Assembly (NCBI GenBank): GCA_965217585.1
Contig: OZ244561.1
Location: 3,552,001 to 3,616,000, forward strand
Source of the DNA: Candidatus Latescibacterota bacterium
Lineage (GTDB): Bacteria; Latescibacterota; UBA2968; UBA8231
DNA: 64,000 bases
Direction of reading: 5' to 3'
Below the pieces are notes generated by a model. The model did not search any database, was not told the DNA's origin, and was given only the letters and a program-made list of their open reading frames with translations. A program made the position numbers and the translations under genes. This document shows positions 29,160-39,273 of the stretch, one piece after another. How positions within the stretch are numbered: the stretch's first letter is position 1; every line of letters begins with the position of its first letter.

Positions 29160-29512
29160 GTTCGTTCCTCGGTCTGTACAACTACTGGATCGTCATTTTC
29201 CTGATGATGGCCGGCTTCTACAACGTCATTGCCCGCGGCAACCTGATTCGGAAACTAGTCGGTCTCAATATCTTCCAGACCTCGGTCTTTTTGCTCTACA
29301 TCAGCATGGGCAAAGTCGAGGGGGGGACCGCGCCCATCCTCGCCGAAGGCGTGACGACGTACTCCAACCCATTGCCCCACGTCCTCATCCTCACTGCCAT
29401 CGTCGTCGGCATCGCCACCACCGCTGTGGGGTTGGCGCTGGTGGTGCGCATCCGCGCGGCCTACGGGACCATCGAAGAGGACGAGATCCAACGCCGGGAA
29501 GAGGGGTTGTGA
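29156..29512 (+). CDS. mnhC: Mrp subunit C
   Basis: NPLPHVLILTAIVVG. Confidence 0.9.
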   Translation: MSSFLGLYNYWIVIFLMMAGFYNVIARGNLIRKLVGLNIFQTSVFLLYISMGKVEGGTAPILAEGVTTYSNPLPHVLILTAIVVGIATTAVGLALVVRIRAAYGTIEEDEIQRREEGL

Positions 29513-30990
29513 TCGCCGCCCATCTACCCGCCTTGCAGATCGTCTTGCCGCTTGCCGCTGCGCCTCTCTGCCTATTGCTGCGTCCGCGGCGCTTGCTATG
29601 GCCGTTTGTCGTGGCCGTCGGCTGGGGCACGCTGGCACTGGCCGTGCTGCTATTGCAGCAAGTACTCTCCTATGGCCCCATCTCCTATGCCTTGGGCGGT
29701 TGGAGCGCGCCTTGGGGTATCGAGTTCCGGGTAGATGTCCTCAATGCGTATCTGATCCTGCTGGTGGCGCTGATCGGGGCCGTGGTCCTGACCTACGCGC
29801 CAGCGAGTGCGGCGCGCGAAGTCGAAGCGGATCGCCATCCGTATTTCTGCGCGATCTTCCTGCTTTGTCTCGCTGGCTTGCTGGGCATTGCCATTACCGG
29901 TGACGTCTTTAACGTCTTCGTCTTTATGGAGATCTCGTCGCTTTCGGCGTATGGACTCATCAGCCTCGGCCGGGATCGCCGCGCCCTTATGGCGACGTAT
30001 AACTACCTGATCTTGGGCACGATCGGCGCGACCTTTATCCTGATCGGCATCGGCCTGATGTACGTGATGACTGGCACCCTCAACATGGCCGATCTCGCCA
30101 CGCGGATCGAAGCCGTTGACCACACCCGCACCATCCATGTGGCCTTTGCCTTTATAAGCGTTGGCTTCACCCTCAAGATGGCGCTTTTCCCGCTGCATAT
30201 ATGGTTGCCCAACGCCTATACCTATGCCCCTTCGGCCGTTACCGCCTTTATCGCGGCGACTGCCACCAAGATCGCAGTGTACGCCTTCTTGCGCTTCGTC
30301 TTCACGATTTTTGGCGCGGACTTCGCCTTTGGCACCATGCACCTCGATGTCCTGCTCTTGCCGCTGGTGCTCCTAGGCATTTTCATCGCCTCGGCCGTAG
30401 CCATCTACCAGACCGATCTCAAGCGGCTTTTGGCCTATTCAAGCGTGGCTCAGATCGGCTACGTAATGCTCGGCATTAGCTTAGGCTCGGCCACTGGGCT
30501 GACTGCTGGCATCGTTCACCTCTTCAATCACGCGCTGATGAAGGCGGCCCTTTTCCTGGCCGCTGGCTGCATCTTCTTTCGCGTCAACTCTCTGCAATTG
30601 GCCGACCTCAGCGGGTTGGGCAAGCGCCTGCCGCTGACTTCGTGCGCCTTTGTCATCGCTGGCTTGGGATTGGTTGGCGTGCCGTTTACCGTGGGCTTTA
30701 TCAGCAAGTGGTACTTGATTTTGGGCGCGCTGGAGCACGGCTGGTGGCCGGTGGCCGCGTTAGTGGTGATCAGCTCGCTGCTGGCGCTGGTCTATATCTG
30801 GCGCTTTGTCGAGATCGCCTATTTCCGCCCGGTGCCCGAAGATGCCGCGCCCGTCGCCGAAGCCCCCCTCTCGATGCAGCTTCCCGTTTGGCTGCTCATC
30901 GCGCTTACCATCGGCTTGGGGGTGCAAACCTCGTTGACGGCTGGGGTTGCCCGCAAGGCGGCGCACTGGCTCTTGGGTGCTGCGCCATGA
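29509..30990 (+). CDS. mnhD: Mrp subunit D family
   Basis: GDVFNVFVFME, PLHIWLP, LKRLLAYSS, NHALMK. Confidence 0.9.
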   Translation: MIAAHLPALQIVLPLAAAPLCLLLRPRRLLWPFVVAVGWGTLALAVLLLQQVLSYGPISYALGGWSAPWGIEFRVDVLNAYLILLVALIGAVVLTYAPASAAREVEADRHPYFCAIFLLCLAGLLGIAITGDVFNVFVFMEISSLSAYGLISLGRDRRALMATYNYLILGTIGATFILIGIGLMYVMTGTLNMADLATRIEAVDHTRTIHVAFAFISVGFTLKMALFPLHIWLPNAYTYAPSAVTAFIAATATKIAVYAFLRFVFTIFGADFAFGTMHLDVLLLPLVLLGIFIASAVAIYQTDLKRLLAYSSVAQIGYVMLGISLGSATGLTAGIVHLFNHALMKAALFLAAGCIFFRVNSLQLADLSGLGKRLPLTSCAFVIAGLGLVGVPFTVGFISKWYLILGALEHGWWPVAALVVISSLLALVYIWRFVEIAYFRPVPEDAAPVAEAPLSMQLPVWLLIALTIGLGVQTSLTAGVARKAAHWLLGAAP

Positions 30991-32441
30991 GTGCCGCCAC
31001 CGCCATTATCGCGGCCGTCCTCCTACCGTTAGGCGTCGCGCCACTGATCGCCCTTTTGGGTCGCCGCCCCAACCTGCGCGAGACCGCGACCCTGCTCGCT
31101 GGGCTAGGCACCTTTGCCGCCGTCTGCACCCTAGTACCCAGAGTCGCCGCAGGAGACCGACCGATGGTGCATCTGGTGGAGGTCTCCCCGGGTCTGTCGT
31201 TAGTTTTTGAGGTCGAGCCACTCGGCGCGCTCTTTGCGCTGATCGCCGCTGGACTGTGGATGGCGACCTCGGTGTACTCCATCGGCTACATGCGGGGCCA
31301 CCACGAGGAAAACCAGACCCGCTTTTTTGCCTTCTTTGCCTTGGCGATCGCCGCGGCCTTGGGGGCTGCCTTCGCCGGCAACATGCTGACGCTGTTTTTC
31401 TGCTATGAGGCGCTGACGCTGTCAACCTATCCGCTGGTCACCCACCACCGCAGCGCGGAGGCCAAAGCGGGGGGCCGCGTCTATATGGGGGTACTGCTTT
31501 CGACCTCGATCTGCTTCCTGCTGCTGGCGATGGTCGCTACCTACCACCTCACCGGCACGCTCGCCTTCGTCCCCGGCGGCATCCTCGCCGGCAAGGCCCC
31601 GACCTGGATTCTCGGCGTCCTGCTCTTTCTCTATGCCTTCGGCACGGGTAAGGCCGCGCTGATGCCCTTCCACCGCTGGCTCCCCGCGGCCATGGTCGCT
31701 CCGGCCCCGGTCAGCGCCCTGCTGCACGCGGTGGCCGTGGTCAAGGCCGGCGTTTTCACCATCCTCAAAGTGGTCGTCTATATCTTCGGTATCGACCTGC
31801 TCGCCGACACCGGCTTAGGCACGTATCTGGCCTACGTGGCCTGTGCCACGATTCTCATTGGCTCGTTGGTGGCCATGACCAAGGACAACCTCAAGGCCCG
31901 CTTGGCGTATTCCACTGTCAGTCAGCTCTCCTACATCGTCCTCGGCGCGGCCTTGGCCAATAGTTGGGGCATCCTCGGCGGCAGTCTGCACATCGCCATG
32001 CACGCCTTTGGCAAGATCACCCTCTTCTTCTGCGCCGGGGCCATCGCGGTCGCTCTGCACAAAACTGAGATCAGCGAGATGAAGGGAATTGGCCGGCAAA
32101 TGCCGTGGACGATGGGGGCCTTTCTCGTCGGTTCGCTCAGCATTATCGGTTTGCCGCCGCTGGGAGGAGCTTGGAGCAAGTGGTACCTAATCCTCGCCGG
32201 GCTAGACGCAGAACAGTACGTGGCCATTGGCGTACTCTTGATAAGCTCGCTGCTCAACATCGCCTATCTGTTGCCGGTGGCAGTCAACGCCTTCTTCTAC
32301 GCAGCACCCGATGAAGAAAGCGGCCTACAGGAAGCCCCGCTGGCCTGCGTCCTGCCGCTGATTTGCACGGCGCTGGGTGGACTGGTGCTCTTCTTCTATC
32401 CCGACCCCCTCCTCGACCTCTGCCGCCAGATCGGAGGATAA
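30987..32441 (+). CDS. Mrp subunit D family (second paralog)
   Basis: PFHRWLP, VSALLHAVAVVK, LKARLAYST, HAFGK. Confidence 0.85.
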   Translation: MSAATAIIAAVLLPLGVAPLIALLGRRPNLRETATLLAGLGTFAAVCTLVPRVAAGDRPMVHLVEVSPGLSLVFEVEPLGALFALIAAGLWMATSVYSIGYMRGHHEENQTRFFAFFALAIAAALGAAFAGNMLTLFFCYEALTLSTYPLVTHHRSAEAKAGGRVYMGVLLSTSICFLLLAMVATYHLTGTLAFVPGGILAGKAPTWILGVLLFLYAFGTGKAALMPFHRWLPAAMVAPAPVSALLHAVAVVKAGVFTILKVVVYIFGIDLLADTGLGTYLAYVACATILIGSLVAMTKDNLKARLAYSTVSQLSYIVLGAALANSWGILGGSLHIAMHAFGKITLFFCAGAIAVALHKTEISEMKGIGRQMPWTMGAFLVGSLSIIGLPPLGGAWSKWYLILAGLDAEQYVAIGVLLISSLLNIAYLLPVAVNAFFYAAPDEESGLQEAPLACVLPLICTALGGLVLFFYPDPLLDLCRQIGG

Positions 32442-32445
32442 GGCC

Positions 32446-32706
32446 ATGACTCAAGAGAAAAAACATCTATTCGACCAGCCGCGGAACGTCCACCGCCTGA
32501 TATGGATCTTCTTCGCTCTCTGCGCCTTGCTCTTGGGCTTGGACTTGCTCGTCCATCGGCACTTGAACTTTGCCGAGGGTGTCTTTCCGGTTGAGGGATG
32601 GTTCGGTTTTTACGCGATATACGGATTTGTCGCTTGCGTGCTCTTGGTTGTGACGGCCACCCAGCTGCGCAAGGTGCTGATGCGCCGCGAGGATTACTAT
32701 GACTAG
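32446..32706 (+). CDS. Small membrane protein of the Mrp operon
   Basis: Two hydrophobic segments, GFYAIYGF, MRREDYYD; overlaps next gene. Confidence 0.75.
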   Translation: MTQEKKHLFDQPRNVHRLIWIFFALCALLLGLDLLVHRHLNFAEGVFPVEGWFGFYAIYGFVACVLLVVTATQLRKVLMRREDYYD

Positions 32707-34387
32707 CCTGCACCCGGCGGCCTTCCTGCTGTTAGGCGGGCTGTTGTTGCCCGTCTTGCCGCTGGCCGTGCGGCGGGTGGCGTTGCTCCTTTTGCCGTTG
32801 GCCGGATTTTACAATCTCCTCGGCTATCAGATAGGCGACGGCCAAGTCGGCTCCCTAGCCGGCTACGAGCTGCACTGGGTGCGCGTTGATCAACTCAGCC
32901 TGCTTTTTGGCTATCTCTTTCACGTGGCCGCCTTCCTCGCCGCGCTCTTCTCGCTGCATTTGCAAGATCGGCTGCAGCAGGCGACCGGCTTCCTGTACGC
33001 GGGCGCGGCCGTGGGTGCGGTCTTTGCCGGCGATCTCATCGCGCTCTTCATCTTTTGGGAGCTGTTGGCGATTAGCTCGGTCTTCCAGATCTGGGCCAGC
33101 CAGAGCGAAAGGGCCATTGCCGCTGGCACGCGCTACCTGCTGATCCACATCAGCTCCGGCCTGCTGCTCTTGGTCGGCACGGCGTGGCACTACCAGCAGA
33201 CCGGCTCGCTGGCGCTGGGGCATCTGGGCATTGATAGCTGGGCCACGCGGCTGATCTTCCTCGGCGTCGGCATTAAATGCGCCTTCCCGTTTCTGCACTC
33301 GTGGCTGGTGGATGCCTACCCGGAGTCCACGCCCACTGGCGCGGTTTTTTTGAGTTCCTTCACCACCAAGACCGCGGTCTATGTGTTGGCGCGCAGTTTT
33401 GCCGGCACCGAATGCCTGCTCTACATCGGCGCGGCCATGGCGATGTTCCCCATCTTCTATGCGGTTATTGAAAACGACCTGCGCCGCGTGTTGGGCTACA
33501 GCATGATCAACCAGATCGGCTTTATGGTCGTCGGCGTCGGCTTGGGGCCAGGTATGGGCGTCAATGGCGCGGTTGCCCACGCCTTCAACGACGTGCTCTT
33601 CAAAGGTCTGCTCTTTATGTCGATGGGGGCCGTGCTCTACCGCACCGGCAGGATCAACGGCTCGGATCTCGGGGGGCTGTACAAATCCATGCCTTGGACC
33701 TGCGGCTTCTGCATGGTTGGGGCCGCGTCGATTTCGGCCTTCCCGCTCTTTAGCGGCTTTGTCAGCAAGTCGATGGTCATGCAAGCCGCAGCTAACGAGG
33801 GACATCTCGTCGTTTGGCTGCTGCTGCTGTTTGCCTCGGCCGGCGTCTTCCACCACGCCGGCATCAAAATTCCCTTCTTTGCCTTCTTCGCCCACGACGC
33901 GGGGATCCGCTGCCGCGAAGCACCGCGCAATATGCTCGTGGCGATGGGGATCGGGGCGGCGTTGTGCATTGGTATCGGCTCGTTCCCGCACTATCTGTAC
34001 AGGCTCCTGCCCTATCCGGTTGACTACGAGCCGTACGATGCAACTCACATCGTCTTACAGCTCCAGTTGTTGTTCTTTTCGGCGCTGGCTTTTGTCGCGC
34101 TCAAGCTGACGGGCATCTATCCGCCGGAGCTGCGCTCGGCCAATATCGACGTGGACTGGACCTACCGAAAGCTGCTACCCGGCGCAGCGCGGTTGTGCGT
34201 ACAGGTGGGGGCACCGCTGCGGGATGGACTGATCTCCTGGGGTAAGCGACGGGTCTTCTCGCTAGTGGACCAAGTGCGCCAGTACCACGGTCCGACTGGC
34301 GTCTTTGCGCGCGCATGGCCTGTCAGTAGCAGCGTGCTGTTGGTGACGATTTTCTTGGCGGTGTACTTGTTTGTGTACTTGGGATGA
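32699..34387 (+). CDS. Na+/H+ antiporter subunit D family (third paralog)
   Basis: LHSWLVDAYPE, FTTKTAVY, ENDLRRVL. Confidence 0.85.
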   Translation: MTSLHPAAFLLLGGLLLPVLPLAVRRVALLLLPLAGFYNLLGYQIGDGQVGSLAGYELHWVRVDQLSLLFGYLFHVAAFLAALFSLHLQDRLQQATGFLYAGAAVGAVFAGDLIALFIFWELLAISSVFQIWASQSERAIAAGTRYLLIHISSGLLLLVGTAWHYQQTGSLALGHLGIDSWATRLIFLGVGIKCAFPFLHSWLVDAYPESTPTGAVFLSSFTTKTAVYVLARSFAGTECLLYIGAAMAMFPIFYAVIENDLRRVLGYSMINQIGFMVVGVGLGPGMGVNGAVAHAFNDVLFKGLLFMSMGAVLYRTGRINGSDLGGLYKSMPWTCGFCMVGAASISAFPLFSGFVSKSMVMQAAANEGHLVVWLLLLFASAGVFHHAGIKIPFFAFFAHDAGIRCREAPRNMLVAMGIGAALCIGIGSFPHYLYRLLPYPVDYEPYDATHIVLQLQLLFFSALAFVALKLTGIYPPELRSANIDVDWTYRKLLPGAARLCVQVGAPLRDGLISWGKRRVFSLVDQVRQYHGPTGVFARAWPVSSSVLLVTIFLAVYLFVYLG

Positions 34388-34394
34388 CTCTGCC

Positions 34395-34889
34395 TCAGAG
34401 CTGCAAGGCCGTGCGGATGGCCGTGGCAATGGCTGCGGGCGGAGGGCCGATGTCCACGTTCAGTGCGTCGCGCGGCTCTTCGAGGGTCGCGAACTGGCTG
34501 TCGAGCAGGCTGGCCGGCATGTAGCGGTGCTGCCGCGTCTCGAGCCGCTGGGCGATGAGTGTCTTCGGGCCCTTGAGATGGACGATCTGCACGCCGGGCC
34601 GCCCACTGACCAAGATGTCGCGGTAGCTCTGTTTGAGAGCGGAGCAGCCGAGTATCGCCCCTTGCTCGGCACAAAGCCACTGGTCGATGGCCGCAGAGAG
34701 GGTCTCCAGCCAAGGCCAGCGGTCCTCGTCGGCAAGCGGCGTGCCGTTGGCCATTTTGTGCACGTTGGTTTCTGGGTGGAAATCGTCCGCATCGTAATAA
34801 GCCCATCCGAGCTGTTGGGCGAGCTGTTCGCCCACTGTTGTCTTACCGCTACCCGTTACGCCCATTAGTACGATGACCATGCGCTTCAT
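34395..34889 (-). CDS. gntK: Gluconokinase
   Basis: GVTGSGKTT, DADDFH, DRWPWL, CSALK, LLDSQFATLEEP. Confidence 0.9.
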   Translation of the reverse strand: MKRMVIVLMGVTGSGKTTVGEQLAQQLGWAYYDADDFHPETNVHKMANGTPLADEDRWPWLETLSAAIDQWLCAEQGAILGCSALKQSYRDILVSGRPGVQIVHLKGPKTLIAQRLETRQHRYMPASLLDSQFATLEEPRDALNVDIGPPPAAIATAIRTALQL

Positions 34890-34946
34890 CTCCCGCGTTG
34901 TGCGCTGCGGGCCTGAACATATAGGAGCGCGTCTGTTGCAACAAGG

Positions 34947-36170
34947 TCAGTTGTCTACTAACGAGGCGTGCGGATTGATGGGCAGTTCCAAGGCTACACA
35001 GGCCCCTTGGGCGCAGTCTTCGACGAATAGGCGGCCGTAGTGTTCGCGAGCAATGCCCGCGCATACGCTCAACCCCAATCCGCTGTTTTGGCTCGACGCC
35101 TTGGTCGTGAAAAACGGCGCAAAAATATCGTTCCGGATTTCCGCGGGAATGCCTGGCCCATTGTCCTCGATCTCCAGCACGATCCAGCCTTGGCGGATCG
35201 CTACCCGCAGCGCGATCCGCCCCGCGCCTCGCGCCTGCTTTATGGCCTCGCGGCTATTTTGGATGAGGTTGAGGACGACCTGTTGGAGCTGGCCGGCATG
35301 AGCCTTGATATAGGGCAGGTTCGGGGCTAGGTCCTCGGCGATTTCGATCTGGTCTTTCAGGAGCGTCCGGCGCATCAGCAGGGCGGTCTCCTGCACGAGG
35401 CGGGTGAAGTTGACCCATTCCTTCCGCGCCTTCTGCTGGCGCGCACACGCCAACAGCCGCTCGCTGGTGCTGCGCGCTTGGAGGCCAGCCTCGTACACGG
35501 CTTGTACGCCGTCGCCGACGGCGGGCGCTAAGTTGTCCTCGAGCAGCAGGCTGGTCTCGCCGATGATCACCTCTAAGTGTTTGTTGATTTCGCCCGCGAA
35601 CTCGGCCGTCAATTGCCCCATCACCCGCAATTTCTGTGCTTGGCGTAGCTGCGCTTCTTTGGCCTGCAACTGCGACAGGTCTTCTTGTCGGTAGTACAGC
35701 CCGCTGAGGACCTCGCCCAAGCCCTTGACCAAGCCGACGTCCGCGTCGCTACAGGCGATGGCTTCTTGGCGATAAACGGCTAGGACGCCTTGATCAAAGG
35801 TCGTTTCGAGTATGGCTTTGACATTGCAACGCATCTGCTGGGCCAGCCAGTCGCATTCTCCGTGGCGGTTCGGCGCTCGATAGCAGGTCGCGGCTGATTT
35901 CCAAGCCCCCAGCACCCACTGCTGTCCTTCCGTTAGCGGGGACCAATACCCGTCGGACGTCAAGGGATGGACGCGCATCTTGCACTCGCCGTTGTCGGCT
36001 TGCACCCGGTACAACCGACAACCGTCGTGAGCGATCCCGGCGTGGTCCAAGGTCTGGCGAATCTGCGATAGGACCATGAATTCGCCCTCCGGTTCTTTGT
36101 GCCGCCAAACCGCGAGCCGCAAGTCTCGCAACAGGTCCTCATTAGCATTGCCGCCGCTGTGTTTGCCCAT
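34947..36170 (-). CDS. Histidine kinase-like protein with degenerate H-box
   Basis: QVVLNLIQNS, EDNGPGI, FAPFFTTK, GLGL; H-box reads AEFAGEINKHL. Confidence 0.8.
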   Translation of the reverse strand: MGKHSGGNANEDLLRDLRLAVWRHKEPEGEFMVLSQIRQTLDHAGIAHDGCRLYRVQADNGECKMRVHPLTSDGYWSPLTEGQQWVLGAWKSAATCYRAPNRHGECDWLAQQMRCNVKAILETTFDQGVLAVYRQEAIACSDADVGLVKGLGEVLSGLYYRQEDLSQLQAKEAQLRQAQKLRVMGQLTAEFAGEINKHLEVIIGETSLLLEDNLAPAVGDGVQAVYEAGLQARSTSERLLACARQQKARKEWVNFTRLVQETALLMRRTLLKDQIEIAEDLAPNLPYIKAHAGQLQQVVLNLIQNSREAIKQARGAGRIALRVAIRQGWIVLEIEDNGPGIPAEIRNDIFAPFFTTKASSQNSGLGLSVCAGIAREHYGRLFVEDCAQGACVALELPINPHASLVDN

Positions 36171-36192
36171 GGTCAGTCCTTTTTCTGCTCTA

Positions 36193-36612
36193 CTAGATAG
36201 AGCTGCGCGGCCAATGCGCACTTTGGATCTCTGAGTACACATCCGACCTATTTTTGTCTAAATGTCTCTTGAGGCTATAGACGAAGCTGTCCAGTAAAAT
36301 GGGTTTCTCGACTAAATCCTGTGCTCCACTCAGCACGACCTCTTGCGCTAGCTGGGGACTAGCCAAATCGCATAGCACGACGATTTTTGTCTGCACGCCA
36401 CGCGCTCGCAGTTTGCGAATGGTGCCGACCGAGAAGTTGGGCAGCGAGGCGTCTATTATGGCTAGGTCGTACTCGTTTGACAGCAGGCTGGCGTACGCAC
36501 AGAAGCCGTCGGTCGTCAGCTCAACGGACTGCCCAATTTGTCTTTTGAGCAAGATCCTATGGATGTAACCACGAGAGAGTGTGTCGCCATCGGCAATTAA
36601 AATTCGGGCCAT
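36193..36612 (-). CDS. Single-domain response regulator
   Basis: RILIAD, YDLAIID, GAQDLVEKP. Confidence 0.8.
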   Translation of the reverse strand: MARILIADGDTLSRGYIHRILLKRQIGQSVELTTDGFCAYASLLSNEYDLAIIDASLPNFSVGTIRKLRARGVQTKIVVLCDLASPQLAQEVVLSGAQDLVEKPILLDSFVYSLKRHLDKNRSDVYSEIQSAHWPRSSI

Positions 36613-37031
36613 GATCAGCACTGTTTCCCCAAGGCGTAGAGATGAATGTGCCCCGCGGACTCACAGCGAGGCCACAGGGCTGAATGGGTAGGTTGTGTTA
36701 TCGGGAATGCGAATAGGCTATGTGTAAAGGCAGAGCAGGCACTAGGAGACGGTCCGTATTTCGATATCAAGCAAACGTTTGTAAAGCAAAGCTGGTACCA
36801 TAGGTTTAATTTCTCAAAAAGTCAATGTTAAACGATGAATTAGAAACACAAGGTTTCACTCCGTTTACCCGCAGTGACGACAAAATTATCGATGCCCCTC
36901 CAAACGACAACTATTTTGTCACAAACAGCTCGTCCGCGCATTGGAGGCGCAAACTCGCCCTTGCGGTATTGACAAAGTGATGCGCTCTGTTTGTGTTTGA
37001 TACGCTGCACAATCAAATCCAAAGAAGCCGA

Positions 37032-38330
37032 ATGGAAACAAATCACACGCTGCACCAAGAACGCGCCATCCTCGTCGGCGTCGCCCTGCCCCAGATGCCC
37101 GCTTGGGAGACCGAGCACTCCCTCGACGAACTCGGCCGCTTAGTCGCCACCGCTGGCCTCGTCGAAGCCGCGCGCCAGATCCAAGCGCGCGACCGCATCG
37201 ACTCGGCCCACTACGTCGGCAAGGGCAAGGCCGCCTCCCTCAAGCAGATCGCGGCCGAGTGCCAAGCCGACGTGATCGTTTTTGACAACGACCTCTCGCC
37301 GGCCCAGATGCGCAACTTGGAGCGCGTCACCAAACGCCGCATTATCGACCGCAGCGCCGTGATCTTGGACATCTTCGCGCACCACGCTCGCACCCGCACG
37401 GCCCAACTCCAAGTCGAGCTAGCCCAGCTCAACTACCTCCTGCCGCGCCTGACTCGCTACTGGACCCACCTGTCGCGCCAAGCTGGCGGCGGGGCCATCC
37501 GCGGCATGGGGGCAGCCGGCGTCCGCGGCCCGGGCGAAACCCAATTGGAAATCGACCGCCGCCTGATTCGCCGTCAGATCAATTCCCTAAAGGCCAAGCT
37601 CGACAAGATTGGCGTGCAGATGGCGACCAACCGCAAAAATCGCTCGGATGTTTTTAAGGTGGCCCTCGTGGGTTATACCAATGCCGGCAAGTCCACTCTG
37701 ATGAGGGCGCTTTCCGGCGCGGATGTCCTAGTCGAGGACCAGCTCTTTGCCACCTTGGACTCGACCACTCGCGCCGTTGACCTCGACCGCAACCACAAGA
37801 TCCTGCTCACTGACACGGTCGGCTTCATAAACCGCCTGCCCCACCACCTGTTCGCCTCTTTCCGCGCCACGCTCGAAGAGGCCGTAGAGGCCGATTTGCT
37901 GCTCCACGTGATCGATTTGAGTTTTCCGTACTACGAGTCGCAGGTCGCCACGGTTGAGCAAGTTCTCCACAGCCTCGGGCTTGCAGACAGCCCCACCCTG
38001 ATGGTGTACAATAAGATTGACCAGGTGGCTTCCGGCGAAGAAGAGCGGATTGTGGCCGCGTACGCGGACCGCGAACACGCCATCGCCGTCTCGGCCAGCC
38101 AAGCCCTCAACCTCGACGCGCTACGCGACAAAATTCTCGCGTACAGCGTCGCTGGAGACGTCACCTTGGAGCTGCAAGTTCCCCAAGCCGAAGGCCGGCT
38201 CTTGGCCCATTTACACCAGCAAGGCCAAGTTCTCGCAGAGACCTATAGGGGCAACGACGTTTGCTTGTGTGTGCGCTTGGAAAAGACTTGGGCTAAGCGC
38301 TGGCGGCTAGATCGTTTCGTCCCCACCTAG
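37032..38330 (+). CDS. hflX: GTPase HflX
   Basis: RGPGETQLE, GYTNAGKS, LFATLD, DTVGF, NKID. Confidence 0.95.
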   Translation: METNHTLHQERAILVGVALPQMPAWETEHSLDELGRLVATAGLVEAARQIQARDRIDSAHYVGKGKAASLKQIAAECQADVIVFDNDLSPAQMRNLERVTKRRIIDRSAVILDIFAHHARTRTAQLQVELAQLNYLLPRLTRYWTHLSRQAGGGAIRGMGAAGVRGPGETQLEIDRRLIRRQINSLKAKLDKIGVQMATNRKNRSDVFKVALVGYTNAGKSTLMRALSGADVLVEDQLFATLDSTTRAVDLDRNHKILLTDTVGFINRLPHHLFASFRATLEEAVEADLLLHVIDLSFPYYESQVATVEQVLHSLGLADSPTLMVYNKIDQVASGEEERIVAAYADREHAIAVSASQALNLDALRDKILAYSVAGDVTLELQVPQAEGRLLAHLHQQGQVLAETYRGNDVCLCVRLEKTWAKRWRLDRFVPT

Positions 38331-38412
38331 CCGACAGGGCTGGTTGACAAGCCCAACTGCTCAGACCTACTATCGACGATTCAGGCTGTTGCACCGGCGG
38401 ATAAAGCGTTGC

Positions 38413-39210
38413 ATGCAAACTAACCGAGAAACGGAACCACAGCTCGCACTTGCCACGACCACGGTGGCCCGACCCCGGCCCGAGGAGTGCGCGGCTGCGC
38501 GCCGCATTGCCGCTGAAATGGGTTGCCCCTACTGGCCTCGGGACGCGCTCGCCGAAACTTGCGCCGACCTCGACGGCCTGCTCGTGGTCGAGCGCGAAAA
38601 CCTGGCCCTGTGGATCGCCGGGCAGCGCTTTTGCTACCATCCCAACATGGCTAAACTGCGGGTGCTCGCTTTGCGGCAACAGAGAAAAGATGCCTTGATA
38701 GAGGCCCTGCAAATCGCACCGGGGGCCAGCGTCCTCGACTGCACCTGCGGACTAGGGGCCGATGCGGTCGTGGCCTCGTACGTAACTGGGCCCGAGGGCC
38801 GCGTGCGCGCCTTGGAAGCCGCGCCGCTGTTGGCGCTCTTGGTCGAGCGCGGCATGGCCGCGTACCCACTCGCCGACGACCCGGATCTCGGCTTGGCCAT
38901 GCGCCGCGTCGAAGTGTGTCGCGCCGACTTTGCGACGTACTTGCGCGAGGAAGCCGACGCAGCGTGGGACGTGGTTTACTTCGACCCTATGTTCGGCGAG
39001 AGCATTGCCCATGCTCGGGGCTTGGACTTGGTCCGTTGCTTGGCGCGGTCGGGCGGCCCCGCACCCGCGGACCTACGCGAGGCCCGCCGCGTCGCCCGCC
39101 GTCGAGTGGTGATGAAGGATCGCCGGCCCGGCTGCGCACTCGCCCGCCTCGGTTTCGCCAAAGTCGAGGAGAGTCGCCGCGTCTGCTACGGCGTGCTGCC
39201 CGCTTGGTAG
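38413..39210 (+). CDS. RsmJ-like class I SAM methyltransferase
   Basis: LDCTCGLGADA, DVVYFDPMF, RRRVVMK. Confidence 0.75.
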   Translation: MQTNRETEPQLALATTTVARPRPEECAAARRIAAEMGCPYWPRDALAETCADLDGLLVVERENLALWIAGQRFCYHPNMAKLRVLALRQQRKDALIEALQIAPGASVLDCTCGLGADAVVASYVTGPEGRVRALEAAPLLALLVERGMAAYPLADDPDLGLAMRRVEVCRADFATYLREEADAAWDVVYFDPMFGESIAHARGLDLVRCLARSGGPAPADLREARRVARRRVVMKDRRPGCALARLGFAKVEESRRVCYGVLPAW

Positions 39211-39273
39211 CTTTATCCGCCGGCTGCTTCACCGTGCCCACGGGCACGACATGGTCGGTGCAAGGAACGGATC

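Noticed and set aside
36874-36921. GACAAAAT/ATTTTGTC inverted repeat between the response regulator and hflX
   Set aside because: Short and widely spaced; may be an operator but there is no supporting evidence
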